NCBI GenBank assembly: GCA_018818965.1
Contig: JAHJQX010000014.1
Location: forward strand, 6,178-70,177
Reading direction: 5' to 3'
Length of the DNA: 64,000 nt
From: Patescibacteria group bacterium
GTDB lineage: Bacteria > Patescibacteriota > JABMPQ01
Positions 39,482 to 48,810 of the stretch are shown here, piece after piece; position 1 is the first letter of the stretch; each line of letters opens with the position of its first letter. The position numbers were made by a program, and so were the translations under genes. Under the pieces are notes generated by a model, which was not told the DNA's origin, ran no database searches, and worked only from the letters and a program-made list of their open reading frames with translations.

Positions 39482-41140
39482 ATGACTGATGATCTATCCA
39501 CTCAATCATTTGAGGATGAAAAATCAGAACAGTTAAGCGAGAGGCTTGATAAGATTAAACTGGCTCGCTTAGAGAAAGAAGCTCTTGGCAAAGCGATGGT
39601 ACGTGGCATGCCTTATATTAATTTAAAGGAAACCCCAATTGCCAAGGATATCCTAGCTTTGATTTCTGAAAAAGAGGCTCGAAAATCGGGAGCTTTATCA
39701 TTTTATAAGGTTCAGAACTTATTACGAGTGGCAGTGTTGAATCCAGATAATGAGAAGACCATCGAAACTGTTGAGAAATTGGAACAAGAAACTGGCTTTA
39801 ATACTTCCATGTTTCTTACTTCAGAGCCGAGTTTTAATTATGCCCTGGAAATATATAAACAAGTAGTTGCCCCCAGAAAGAAAGAAGAAATTGGCATCGA
39901 GGCAGAATCTTTGCAGTCAGCCCGGGAACAAATCAAAAATTTAGCTGATTTAAAAAAGAGAATTAACGACGTATCAGTAACGGAAGTAATTAGTATTGTT
40001 TTAGCGGGAGCGATTGTCGGCAAAGCCTCAGATATCCATATTGAACCGGAGGAGAAGAGTATTAAGTTGCGTTATCGTATCGACGGCATTTTACACGACA
40101 TCGCGAAGCTTGATAAGGAGGTTTACAATAAACTATTATCTCGCATTAAATTAGTGGCCGGACTTAAAATAAATGTCAATGATGTACCTCAAGATGGTCG
40201 AATTACGGTTAAGTTAGAAGGGGGTGATATCGATTTACGAATTTCTATTCTTCCTGCCGGCTATGGTGAAGCAGCGGTGATAAGACTATTAGGCATAGGG
40301 GCAACCGATCTTGATATCACCAAGCTTGGTTTTCGTCCCCGGGAGCAAGAGCTTCTACTTAAGCTTATTCACAAACCGACCGGGCTGATTTTAACCACTG
40401 GCCCGACCGGTTCTGGTAAAACCACCACTTTGTATGCCTGTCTGAACCAGGTTAATTCTCCCGAGGTAAAAATAATTACCTTAGAGAATCCGATCGAATA
40501 CCGTCTAGAAGGAATCCAACAGACACCAATCAATCCTGAAAAAGGCATGACTTTTGCCGGTGGCTTGCGATCTATCCTACGACAGGATCCTGATATCGTA
40601 ATGGTAGGGGAAATTAGAGATGAAGAGACAGCTGATATTGCTTCCCAGGCAGCCTTAACGGGTCACTTGGTGTTTTCTACTTTACATACTAATGATGCTG
40701 CTGGGGCTATTCCCCGTCTTCTTAATATGGGGCTGCGGCCGCACTCGGTGGCACCGTCTCTGACAGGAGTAATTGGGCAACGCTTGGTTAGGCGTCTTTG
40801 TCAGAAATGTCGGCAGTCATATCAGCCATCAGCTGACGAGGCTAAAAAGATCCAAGAAGAATTAGGGAAAGACTCTCCTCCGAAGGGCGTCAAAAAACTA
40901 TACAAAGCAAAAACTAAGGGTTGTTCAACTTGTGACGGTATTGGTTATCAGGGTCGAGTTGGTCTCTACGAATTGATTGAAATAACCAAGGAAATGAAGG
41001 AGTTAATTAACCAACGAGCATCATCTTTGGAAATAGAAAAGCTGGCGCAAAAGCAGGGGATGATCACGATGCGGCAGGATGGATTATTGAAAGTTGTTGA
41101 AGGATTAACTAGCCTGGAGGAAATAAATAGGGTTGCGTAA
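39482..41140 (+). CDS. pilB: Type IV pilus assembly / type II secretion ATPase (PilB/GspE family); start reassigned to ATG at 39482
   Basis: N-terminal GSPII_E_N-like domain, Walker A TGPTGSGKTTT, Asp box, Walker B, His box and tetracysteine CQKC...CSTC. Confidence 0.85.
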   Translation: MTDDLSTQSFEDEKSEQLSERLDKIKLARLEKEALGKAMVRGMPYINLKETPIAKDILALISEKEARKSGALSFYKVQNLLRVAVLNPDNEKTIETVEKLEQETGFNTSMFLTSEPSFNYALEIYKQVVAPRKKEEIGIEAESLQSAREQIKNLADLKKRINDVSVTEVISIVLAGAIVGKASDIHIEPEEKSIKLRYRIDGILHDIAKLDKEVYNKLLSRIKLVAGLKINVNDVPQDGRITVKLEGGDIDLRISILPAGYGEAAVIRLLGIGATDLDITKLGFRPREQELLLKLIHKPTGLILTTGPTGSGKTTTLYACLNQVNSPEVKIITLENPIEYRLEGIQQTPINPEKGMTFAGGLRSILRQDPDIVMVGEIRDEETADIASQAALTGHLVFSTLHTNDAAGAIPRLLNMGLRPHSVAPSLTGVIGQRLVRRLCQKCRQSYQPSADEAKKIQEELGKDSPPKGVKKLYKAKTKGCSTCDGIGYQGRVGLYELIEITKEMKELINQRASSLEIEKLAQKQGMITMRQDGLLKVVEGLTSLEEINRVA

Positions 41141-41164
41141 GTAAAAAGAGAACTTGATTTAGAA

Positions 41165-41187
41165 ACAGCGGACAGCCGCTGTTTTTT
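41165..41187 (+). terminator. Intrinsic terminator after pilB (ACAGCGG-acag-CCGCTGT + T5)
   Basis: Perfect 7-bp stem, 4-nt loop, T-run. Confidence 0.7.
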
Positions 41188-41253
41188 GGTATAAAAAAAC
41201 GCAGTGATGAGTTATTCCAAGCGACTAGGAAGTCGGTAGAGACTCTTAACTGC

Positions 41254-41262
41254 GTGGTTGTG
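41254..41262. repeat. Direct repeat GTGGTTGTG (left copy) flanking GC-rich islet 4
   Basis: Exact 9-mer also at 42634-42642, at the opposite islet boundary. Confidence 0.5.
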
Positions 41263-41377
41263 CAAAAGGTTGTGGCAGGACGGCCGCCAGTCTCCGTCCA
41301 TTAGGAGGGTCTGGGTGGCAGACGTGGTACAGGGCTGGAGCTGCCCGGCCACAAGCTGGTTGAGCTGGGTTAGGGAG

Positions 41378-42622
41378 CTAGGCCCGGTACTGGGCGAGAC
41401 AGACGGTGGAAGCGATCGGTCCGCCGATGTTTAGGGAGATGCCGTTTTCACAGTTCGACACCTTCAGCTCTACCGGCACCTGACCGAGGATCTGCTGATG
41501 AACCCAGCCAGCTAGGGCGAGGCCGGTTGCGCTGATGGGATGTCCCTTGGCCATCAGCCCGCCACTGGTGTTGGTGGGCAAGTCGCTGTCGATCCCCATC
41601 ATGTGATCCACGAAGTAGGGCAGACCTTGCCCCGGCTCAGCCAGCCCAGCGATCTCCGCCGTCAGTGGCAGCATGATCGAGAAGCAGTCGTGGGTCTCTA
41701 GGACGCCGATGCACTCGGGCGGGATTTTCGACATCCGAAGGGCTTCCACGAAAGCCTTCTTAGCGCCCACCGGCTGCAGCACGTTGTCGCCGCGGGAGGC
41801 GATGGACAGGCCGTCTACGGCGTGTCCCCAGCCAGCCAGCACGGTAACGTCGTCCTTGGTGAGACCCAGCATGCTCAGCCCCTCTTCGTCGCAGACAACG
41901 AAGCGGCTGTAGCCGTCGGAGATCTGGGAACATTCCTCCAGCTTCAATGGCAGGTCTTCCCCCTCACCCGTTTCCCCGTCCTTCTGGAACAAGCGGTAGC
42001 TGGACAGTACTGACTCGACGGTGATGGGGTTTCTCGGCGTACGCATGTGGGCCAGCGGGTTGTAGGCGGCGTTGGCGTAGAGGTAGGGCGGCAGGATGGC
42101 CAGCTGCTCCTCGCTGATCCCGTACCTCTCCATGTACATGTTCATGATCCGCGCGAAGAGGTGAGGGAAGCTGAAAGGCGGGAAGCGATCATCCGGGTGA
42201 GCAGCCGTTCCCAGCATCTGGCCGATCTTGATCGAGTCGGTCTTGGGAGGCTTGCCGTCCTTTCCCGGCTTCTTGATGTTCATCTTCTCGACGCCAATGG
42301 CCAGGGCGACGTGGGTGTCGCCGCAGCGCACCGTTTTGGCAGCATCCAGCAGGGCGAGCCCGCCGCTGTCGCAGGCGTTCCCCACCCCCACGATGGGCAG
42401 ACTGGTGTAGGCTGGATCCATGGCGACTGCTGCCGCCAGCAGGTGCTGGTCGTTGAGCTGGGGTGCCAGCATGCCAGCCACACTGATGTAGCCGATAGCC
42501 GCTCGCTGCTCATCGTTGAGCCCCTCCCGGCCAGCATCGACCAACATCTCAAGTAGCTCGTAACCCTTCAGGTCGCCGAACATACTCTGCCCATATAGGG
42601 CCAAATACATTTTTCCGTCCAA
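41378..42622 (-). CDS. Thiolase-family protein (SCP-x/archaeal-type acetyl-CoA acetyltransferase-like), TTG start (GC-rich islet 4)
   Basis: VGNACDSGG (active-site Cys motif) and C-terminal NTSGGLMAKGHPISATG; AGGAGG SD 5 nt before TTG; high-GC codon usage. Confidence 0.7.
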   Translation of the reverse strand: MDGKMYLALYGQSMFGDLKGYELLEMLVDAGREGLNDEQRAAIGYISVAGMLAPQLNDQHLLAAAVAMDPAYTSLPIVGVGNACDSGGLALLDAAKTVRCGDTHVALAIGVEKMNIKKPGKDGKPPKTDSIKIGQMLGTAAHPDDRFPPFSFPHLFARIMNMYMERYGISEEQLAILPPYLYANAAYNPLAHMRTPRNPITVESVLSSYRLFQKDGETGEGEDLPLKLEECSQISDGYSRFVVCDEEGLSMLGLTKDDVTVLAGWGHAVDGLSIASRGDNVLQPVGAKKAFVEALRMSKIPPECIGVLETHDCFSIMLPLTAEIAGLAEPGQGLPYFVDHMMGIDSDLPTNTSGGLMAKGHPISATGLALAGWVHQQILGQVPVELKVSNCENGISLNIGGPIASTVCLAQYRA

Positions 42623-42633
42623 GGTTTCCTCCT

Positions 42634-42642
42634 GTGGTTGTG
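42634..42642. repeat. Direct repeat GTGGTTGTG (right copy) flanking GC-rich islet 4
   Basis: Exact 9-mer match to 41254-41262. Confidence 0.5.
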
Positions 42643-42699
42643 ATGGTACAGCAAAAACAGTCGTGTCCCCATTCTATGTTATCCATACTGCCGGTCAAT

Positions 42700-42730
42700 A
42701 CAAAAAGCCCGGCTTTAAAACCGGGCTTAA
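42700..42730 (-). terminator. Intrinsic terminator for the lipoprotein gene (AAGCCCGG-ctttaaaa-CCGGGCTT)
   Basis: Perfect 8-bp stem; A-run on plus equals T-run on minus after the hairpin. Confidence 0.65.
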
Positions 42731-42755
42731 AACTAATATCTAGCTTGTTTACCCT

Positions 42756-43343
42756 CTATTCACACAAATCAGCTTCGAATGATCCTTCCAGAGCAGTCTT
42801 TTCGTCGCTGAAGTCAAATTTAGCCCAGCCACTTACTTTATTAGCATCTTTGTCAACTTCTTTCACTACAATGGTAGCACCCCAGTCAACGTTAACACTC
42901 ATTGGTGTGCCATCTTCCTGCTCGTAGTGGTAATAAGAATGATAGTCAGAAAATTCAATCTCATCTTCCATCTTTTTCGTGAAAGTCCCAGCTCGCAAAG
43001 TCTTAGAGCTAAAGTTAACAGCATTATCGTCAACGACTACCCCACAAGTTGATTCCGGAGCTAGCGTAGAAAATGACCAGCTGTATTCTCCGTCCCAGTC
43101 TTTAATCGAGACGTTCTTGATAGTAACTTCTTCACCGTTGATTGTGCCGCTAATAGCTTCGTCAGCAATATCACCTTTAGCGGTAGCGGTTGTCCAATTT
43201 CCGTCAACTTCTTCCACTGTCTGCTCGCTAGTAGTATCAGTAGTAGTCTCCTCCGTTTTTTTAGCGCATCCTCCCGCGGTCAAAGCAACAGCCACAACTA
43301 TTGCCAGCGCCATTGGGATAACTACCCGTAGTTTTTGGTTCAT
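42756..43343 (-). CDS. Secreted lipoprotein, hypothetical (start at MNQKLRV...)
   Basis: Signal peptide with lipobox LTAGGC; Thr/Glu-rich linker; beta-rich mature domain. Confidence 0.5.
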   Translation of the reverse strand: MNQKLRVVIPMALAIVVAVALTAGGCAKKTEETTTDTTSEQTVEEVDGNWTTATAKGDIADEAISGTINGEEVTIKNVSIKDWDGEYSWSFSTLAPESTCGVVVDDNAVNFSSKTLRAGTFTKKMEDEIEFSDYHSYYHYEQEDGTPMSVNVDWGATIVVKEVDKDANKVSGWAKFDFSDEKTALEGSFEADLCE

Positions 43344-43593
43344 GTTTTCCTGGTTATTTATTTTAAACATTTCCTGTATTATAACATTTTTTGCCAAATT
43401 TCCCAGCTCCATGTTGATAAAGACCTAGAGACTTGCCCCGGAGACTCGATATGATATACTCGAGACATGGCGGTTTTTACCACCATAGTTGTTTTAGTTA
43501 TAAAGAGCTTCGCTCTTTGTTTGCTCGCTCGTTCGAAAGAACAAAAACAAGTTTTTATTCTTTCCTCACTCACTTCGCAAATAAAATAAAATT

Positions 43594-45948
43594 ATGGGCA
43601 CAGTTGATAAATCAAAAACTGGTTTTCTATCCGGATTACGACGAGGCAAACAAGATTTGGCCTTGATTGCCATTCGGGATATGGTTATTTATCCAGGAGT
43701 AGTAACACCAATTGCTATCCAGCGGCCAAAATCAATCAGAGCGCTTGATCATGCGGAAAAAAACAACCGCCTGGCTCTTTTTGTGGCGCAGCGAAAGTTT
43801 GAGACGGAGGATCCTCAACCTAAGGATCTATACGAAGTTGGCACAGTCGCCAAAATTAAAGAAGTAGTTCGGCAACCTGATGGCTCAGTCCGAATTTTAG
43901 TGGAAGGAACGGGGAAAGCAAAAATTTCCGATTATCTCCAGCTCGACCCTTTCATTAAAGTTAAGGCTGACAATATTGTTCTCCCCGATCCACAAAAAAC
44001 AGAAAAGACGGAAGCTTTAATATATAGTGCAGTCAATCAATTTAAAGAATGTGTAAATTTAGGCGCTACCGTTCCTTTGGATGTTCTGCTGGTAGTGGTC
44101 AATGTTACTGATCCGGTGCAACTAGCTAACATCATCGCACTTAACATTGAATTCAAGATAAAGGAGAAACAGGAGATTCTGGAGGCTAACACCGCCGAAG
44201 AAAAACTGGATAAGGTTAATCAAGCTTTGTCGCGGCAATTGAAAGTGCTACGGATGGCCAAGAAGTTGCAGTCGAAAACGGGCGAGGAACTGAATAAGAT
44301 GCAGAAGGAAGTATTCTTGCGTGAGCAGCTCAAGGCGATCGAAAAAGAACTAGGTGTTGTTGGCGGTAAGACAGAAACAGAAGAAATGCAGGGCAAAATC
44401 AAAAAAGCAGGGATGCCCAAGGAAGTGCAGGAAAGAGCTTTGAAAGAACTGCGTCGTTTAGAAGGGATGCCTTCTTTTAGTCCCGAGATATCATATTTAA
44501 AAGCTTATTTAGACTGGCTGATCGAATTGCCCTGGTCTAAGAAAAGCAAGAGTAAAATAAATATTAAGCAGGCCAAGAAGATATTAGACGAGGATCATTA
44601 TGGGCTAAAGAAAGCGAAAGAACGAGTGTTAGAGTATTTGGCAGTGCAGAAACTGGTAGGTAAAATTAAGGGTCCGATTCTCTGTTTAGTGGGACCGCCA
44701 GGAACAGGTAAAACGTCAATTGGTAAATCAGTCGCGCGAGCGTTAGGACGGAAGTTCCATCGAGTTAGCTTAGGGGGGCTGCGAGACGAAGCCGAGATCC
44801 GTGGCCATCGTCGAACCTATGTCGGAGCCTTGCCCGGGCGCATTATTCAAGGGATCAAAACGGCTGGCACCAAAAATCCAGTGTTCATGCTTGATGAAAT
44901 TGACAAAGTGGGCGCTGATTTTCGGGGCGATCCCTCCGCTGCTTTACTGGAGGCCTTAGATCCAGAACAAAATAGTGAATTTTCTGATCATTATTTGGAA
45001 GTGCCGTTTGATTTATCTGATGTGATGTTTATCACCACAGCCAATATGCTAGATACGATTCCACCAGCTTTGCGAGATCGGATGGAAGTGATTCGTTTCC
45101 CCGGCTACACTGAGGAAGAGAAGTTCCAGATTGCCAAAAAGTACCTAACTCCACGGCAGATGGAAAATAACGGCGTTAATAGCAAACTGATTGCTATTTC
45201 TGACTCAGTTTTGCGGGCGATCACTCGGGAATATACTAGTGAAGCCGGAGTACGTAATTTAGAGCGAGAGATTGCGGCCGTTTGTCGTAAAGTAGCCAAG
45301 AAAATTACCGAAAATGGTAAGAAAAAGATTAGCGTGACAGCTAGTGACTTAGCTAAATACTTAGGTCCGCCACGTTACCAAATTACTAGGCTAGAAAAGA
45401 AGGATGAAGTGGGGGTAGCGGCTGGTTTGGCTTGGACAGCTGCGGGTGGAGAAATTCTCCATATTGAAGCGACTAAGATGCCCGGTAAAGGCGACTTAGT
45501 TTTAACTGGCCATTTAGGCAAGGTAATGAAAGAATCAGCTCAAGCCGCTTTTTCTTTTGCGCGAGCCAAAGTAAAAGAACTAGGCGTCAAGGACAAGTTT
45601 TATAAGGATGTTGATATTCATATCCATGTGCCTTCGGGGGCTATTCCTAAGGATGGACCGTCGGCCGGAACGGCGATTGCCACAGCCTTGATATCGGTGA
45701 TGACTGACAAAAAAGTGAAGCGAGATGTTTGTATGACAGGGGAGATCACTCTGCGGGGGAAGGTGATGGAGATTGGCGGTGTTAAAGAAAAAGTCCTGGC
45801 GGCTCATCGCGGCGGAATGAAAAAAGTTATCTTACCCAAGAATAATGAGAAAGATATGGTTGATATCCCCGCGGAAGTAAAAAAAGAATTGAAGTTTGTC
45901 TTTGTAGAGAAGGTGGAAGAGGTGTTGAGACAGGCGATTGTGGATTAG
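43594..45948 (+). CDS. lon: ATP-dependent Lon protease
   Basis: LON N-domain, AAA module GPPGTGKTS, catalytic Ser in PKDGPSAG and Lys dyad. Confidence 0.9.
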   Translation: MGTVDKSKTGFLSGLRRGKQDLALIAIRDMVIYPGVVTPIAIQRPKSIRALDHAEKNNRLALFVAQRKFETEDPQPKDLYEVGTVAKIKEVVRQPDGSVRILVEGTGKAKISDYLQLDPFIKVKADNIVLPDPQKTEKTEALIYSAVNQFKECVNLGATVPLDVLLVVVNVTDPVQLANIIALNIEFKIKEKQEILEANTAEEKLDKVNQALSRQLKVLRMAKKLQSKTGEELNKMQKEVFLREQLKAIEKELGVVGGKTETEEMQGKIKKAGMPKEVQERALKELRRLEGMPSFSPEISYLKAYLDWLIELPWSKKSKSKINIKQAKKILDEDHYGLKKAKERVLEYLAVQKLVGKIKGPILCLVGPPGTGKTSIGKSVARALGRKFHRVSLGGLRDEAEIRGHRRTYVGALPGRIIQGIKTAGTKNPVFMLDEIDKVGADFRGDPSAALLEALDPEQNSEFSDHYLEVPFDLSDVMFITTANMLDTIPPALRDRMEVIRFPGYTEEEKFQIAKKYLTPRQMENNGVNSKLIAISDSVLRAITREYTSEAGVRNLEREIAAVCRKVAKKITENGKKKISVTASDLAKYLGPPRYQITRLEKKDEVGVAAGLAWTAAGGEILHIEATKMPGKGDLVLTGHLGKVMKESAQAAFSFARAKVKELGVKDKFYKDVDIHIHVPSGAIPKDGPSAGTAIATALISVMTDKKVKRDVCMTGEITLRGKVMEIGGVKEKVLAAHRGGMKKVILPKNNEKDMVDIPAEVKKELKFVFVEKVEEVLRQAIVD

Positions 45949-46040
45949 GGGCGGATTTTGATCTTACCAGCCCGTGGGCGATTAGATTCATATATATAAA
46001 AAGACACCTTGCTGTGGGGCAGGGTGTTTGTTAATAACAC

Positions 46041-46583
46041 ATGAAAAAATCTCTTCTCTTACACATCTGTTGCGCTCCCTGCTCGACCCACGTTATTGAA
46101 AAACTACAAACTGATTTTAAAGTGACCGGTTATTTTTACAATCCTAATCTCTATCCGGAGGCAGAACATGACAAACGTCGACAAGAGGCAGTGCGGTTTG
46201 GTCAGGAAATTGGGATCGAGGTGCTAGCCCCGGAAAAATATGAGAAGGAAAAGTGGTTGGAGCTGGTAGAGGGCTTTGCAGATGAGTCCGAGGGAGGTCA
46301 GCGCTGTGGGATTTGCTATAAAATGAGACTAGAGAAAACTGCTCAACTAGCTGCCAGCAGGAAATTTGATCATTTTGCTACTACCCTTACTATTTCCCCT
46401 TATAAAAAAGCGACAGTGATTAATCCGATAGGTCAAAAGATAAGCCAAGAATACAATGTAAAGTTTCTGGCTGATGATTTTAAGAAAAAGGGCGGTTTTC
46501 AAGAGAGCCTCGATCTATCGACCAAGCATGGACTTTACCGGCAAAATTATTGTGGCTGCGAATTTAGCATGAGAGGTCGATAA
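46041..46583 (+). CDS. queH: Epoxyqueuosine reductase QueH (DUF208)
   Basis: LLHICCAPCS N-terminal cysteine motif plus CGICY and C-terminal CGCEFS; ~180 aa. Confidence 0.75.
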   Translation: MKKSLLLHICCAPCSTHVIEKLQTDFKVTGYFYNPNLYPEAEHDKRRQEAVRFGQEIGIEVLAPEKYEKEKWLELVEGFADESEGGQRCGICYKMRLEKTAQLAASRKFDHFATTLTISPYKKATVINPIGQKISQEYNVKFLADDFKKKGGFQESLDLSTKHGLYRQNYCGCEFSMRGR

Positions 46584-46639
46584 ATCCTTGCTCCTAATTT
46601 TATGCTTGCTACACTGGAATCAAGATTAATAAAAATATT

Positions 46640-46993
46640 ATGGCAAAATTTATCACGAGAACAATAATTGTAGCTTTAACAGTTTTTGGTGTTAGCTATG
46701 TAGTGCCGGGGATCACCGTTAATAATTTTCTGGCCGCTGTTGTGTTTTCCCTAGTTTTAGGCTTGATCAATGTCCTAGGACGGCCGTTGATAAGACTGCT
46801 TACTTTCCCTTTGCGTTGGTTGACGTTTGGCCTTTTCACGCTAGTGATAAATACTTTGCTATTCTGGTTGGCAGCTAGATTTGCAGCGGGAGTGGTAGTG
46901 GCTTCTTTCTGGGCGGCATTTGTGGGAGCACTATTAGTTGGTATAGTTAGTTTGATTGTGAACCAAGTTTTTAAAAAGAGTAAAAAAAGCTAG
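46640..46993 (+). CDS. YvlD/DUF360 4-TM membrane protein (phage-holin-4_2 superfamily)
   Basis: Four TM helices and conserved pattern resembling Bacillus YvlD. Confidence 0.6.
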   Translation: MAKFITRTIIVALTVFGVSYVVPGITVNNFLAAVVFSLVLGLINVLGRPLIRLLTFPLRWLTFGLFTLVINTLLFWLAARFAAGVVVASFWAAFVGALLVGIVSLIVNQVFKKSKKS

Positions 46994-46998
46994 TTATT

Positions 46999-47622
46999 AT
47001 GGTTCTATTTCCCGCTCTAATATATCTCACCATTGTTCTGTCCTTACTGCATTTTGAAGTTTTCGATTTTTCCTTAACTGATAATGGTTTACCAGCTTGG
47101 GTGATCGTAGCCGGCATTCTTCTGATGTTACTTGGCAGCCTGATAGATGTTCCCTTGATCCTGCGTGGGCCGGGACGCAAGCAAGACCGGAGACATTGGC
47201 ATTCACTCTTTCTGGTGACCAACGGTAAGAAAGCTAGAAAAGGTCTTTATCTCAATTTAGGAGGAGCGATTGTCCCAATACTGCTAGCTATATATCTATT
47301 TTCTCACGCTCCACTAGTGCCGACGCTAATAGCTTTGGCAGTGGTTACTATTATCACCAGGTTTATGACTAGGATTTCTTCTTTAAAAGGGAATTGGTTG
47401 CATTTATCAGCGCTTGTCCCTTTACTAGCCGCTTTATGTACGTCTTTACTACTAACCCCTGCTAATCCAGCCATTGTATTCTATCTTGCTGGCACTTTAG
47501 GAACTTTAGTGGGTGCTGGCCTGCTCAATATTAACAAGATAAACGAGGCACCCCTGTTTATCGGTGGGCGAGGGATGTTTCACGGGATATTTTTAGTAAA
47601 TGTCGTTTTCTTACTCCTGTAA
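46999..47622 (+). CDS. Hypothetical polytopic membrane protein
   Basis: 5-6 TM helices, no motif recognised. Confidence 0.4.
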   Translation: MVLFPALIYLTIVLSLLHFEVFDFSLTDNGLPAWVIVAGILLMLLGSLIDVPLILRGPGRKQDRRHWHSLFLVTNGKKARKGLYLNLGGAIVPILLAIYLFSHAPLVPTLIALAVVTIITRFMTRISSLKGNWLHLSALVPLLAALCTSLLLTPANPAIVFYLAGTLGTLVGAGLLNINKINEAPLFIGGRGMFHGIFLVNVVFLLL

Positions 47623-47631
47623 TTAGCAGCA

Positions 47632-48810
47632 ATGGGTGGGAATATTATAATTCACTACGGCGAAATAGGTCTTAAGGGCAAGAATAGGCCTTTTTTTGAG
47701 CGTAAGTTGGTAGAGAATATCAAGCGATCTTTGTCAGATCAGAAATTCACTAAGGTTAAAAAAGGCTACGGACGAATTTTGGTGGAGTTAAATGATAGGT
47801 CTAGCCCAAAGCAGATAGTCCAGCGACTGCAGCAAGTTTTTGGTATCACTAATTTAGCGGTAGCCACCAAGGCAAAGAACGATATGGACGCGATAAAGTC
47901 AGTTGCCCAAGAAGTTTTACCCAAAAGGTTAAAAACATTTCGGGTAACAGCTCGACGATCGAATAAAAACTTTCCCCTAGATTCCCAGGAAGTCAACGAG
48001 GAGCTAGGTGGTTATATACTAGAAAAAAGGCCAGGAGCTAAAGTTAATCTCAGTCATCCCGAGACTAATATTTATGTGGAAATTGCTGGCGAAGGCGTGT
48101 TTGTGTACTCAGAGAAACTACCTGGTCTCGGTGGTTTACCGGTTGGTGTCAGTGGACGAGTAGTTTCGCTCTTGTCTTCCGGTTTTGACTCGCCAATCGC
48201 TAGCTATAGGTTGATGAAACGTGGGGCGAGAGTAGTCTTTGCTCATTTTCACTCCTATCCGCAAACTGATAAACGTTCGCTAGAGAATGTACAAAAAATT
48301 GTTGGCCTCCTTGATCAATACCAGAGTAAATCTAAGCTTTTCCTGGTTCCTTTCCTTGATATTCAAAAGGAAATTTATGCTAAAGCAGCTGCTCCGGATC
48401 GGGTTGTTCTTTATCGACGGATGATGATACGGATTAGCGAAATAATTGCCCGGCAAGAAAGAGCCGAGGCATTGGTGACCGGTGATAGCCTGGGGCAAGT
48501 GGCTTCACAAACACTTACTAATATGAGTACGATTGGTGAGGTAGCCACCATGCCGTTACTGCGGCCCTTGGTTGGGCTAGATAAAGAAGAAATTATGCAG
48601 AAAGCTCGTCAAATTGGCACCTACGATATCTCTGCTCAGCCTGATGAGGATTGCTGTTCACTTTTTGTACCGAAAAATCCTAATACTAAGACCAATATAG
48701 CCGATATCAAAAAACAAGAAGAAAAACTGGCAATTAACGACCTGGTTGAAAAAGCGGTTGAATCTGTTAAGATAGAAGTAGTTACCTCTTTAAATAACAA
48801 GAAAAGATGA
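47632..48810 (+). CDS. thiI: tRNA 4-thiouridine(8) synthase ThiI
   Basis: THUMP-like N-terminal domain and PP-loop SSGFDS (SGGxDS). Confidence 0.8.
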   Translation: MGGNIIIHYGEIGLKGKNRPFFERKLVENIKRSLSDQKFTKVKKGYGRILVELNDRSSPKQIVQRLQQVFGITNLAVATKAKNDMDAIKSVAQEVLPKRLKTFRVTARRSNKNFPLDSQEVNEELGGYILEKRPGAKVNLSHPETNIYVEIAGEGVFVYSEKLPGLGGLPVGVSGRVVSLLSSGFDSPIASYRLMKRGARVVFAHFHSYPQTDKRSLENVQKIVGLLDQYQSKSKLFLVPFLDIQKEIYAKAAAPDRVVLYRRMMIRISEIIARQERAEALVTGDSLGQVASQTLTNMSTIGEVATMPLLRPLVGLDKEEIMQKARQIGTYDISAQPDEDCCSLFVPKNPNTKTNIADIKKQEEKLAINDLVEKAVESVKIEVVTSLNNKKR

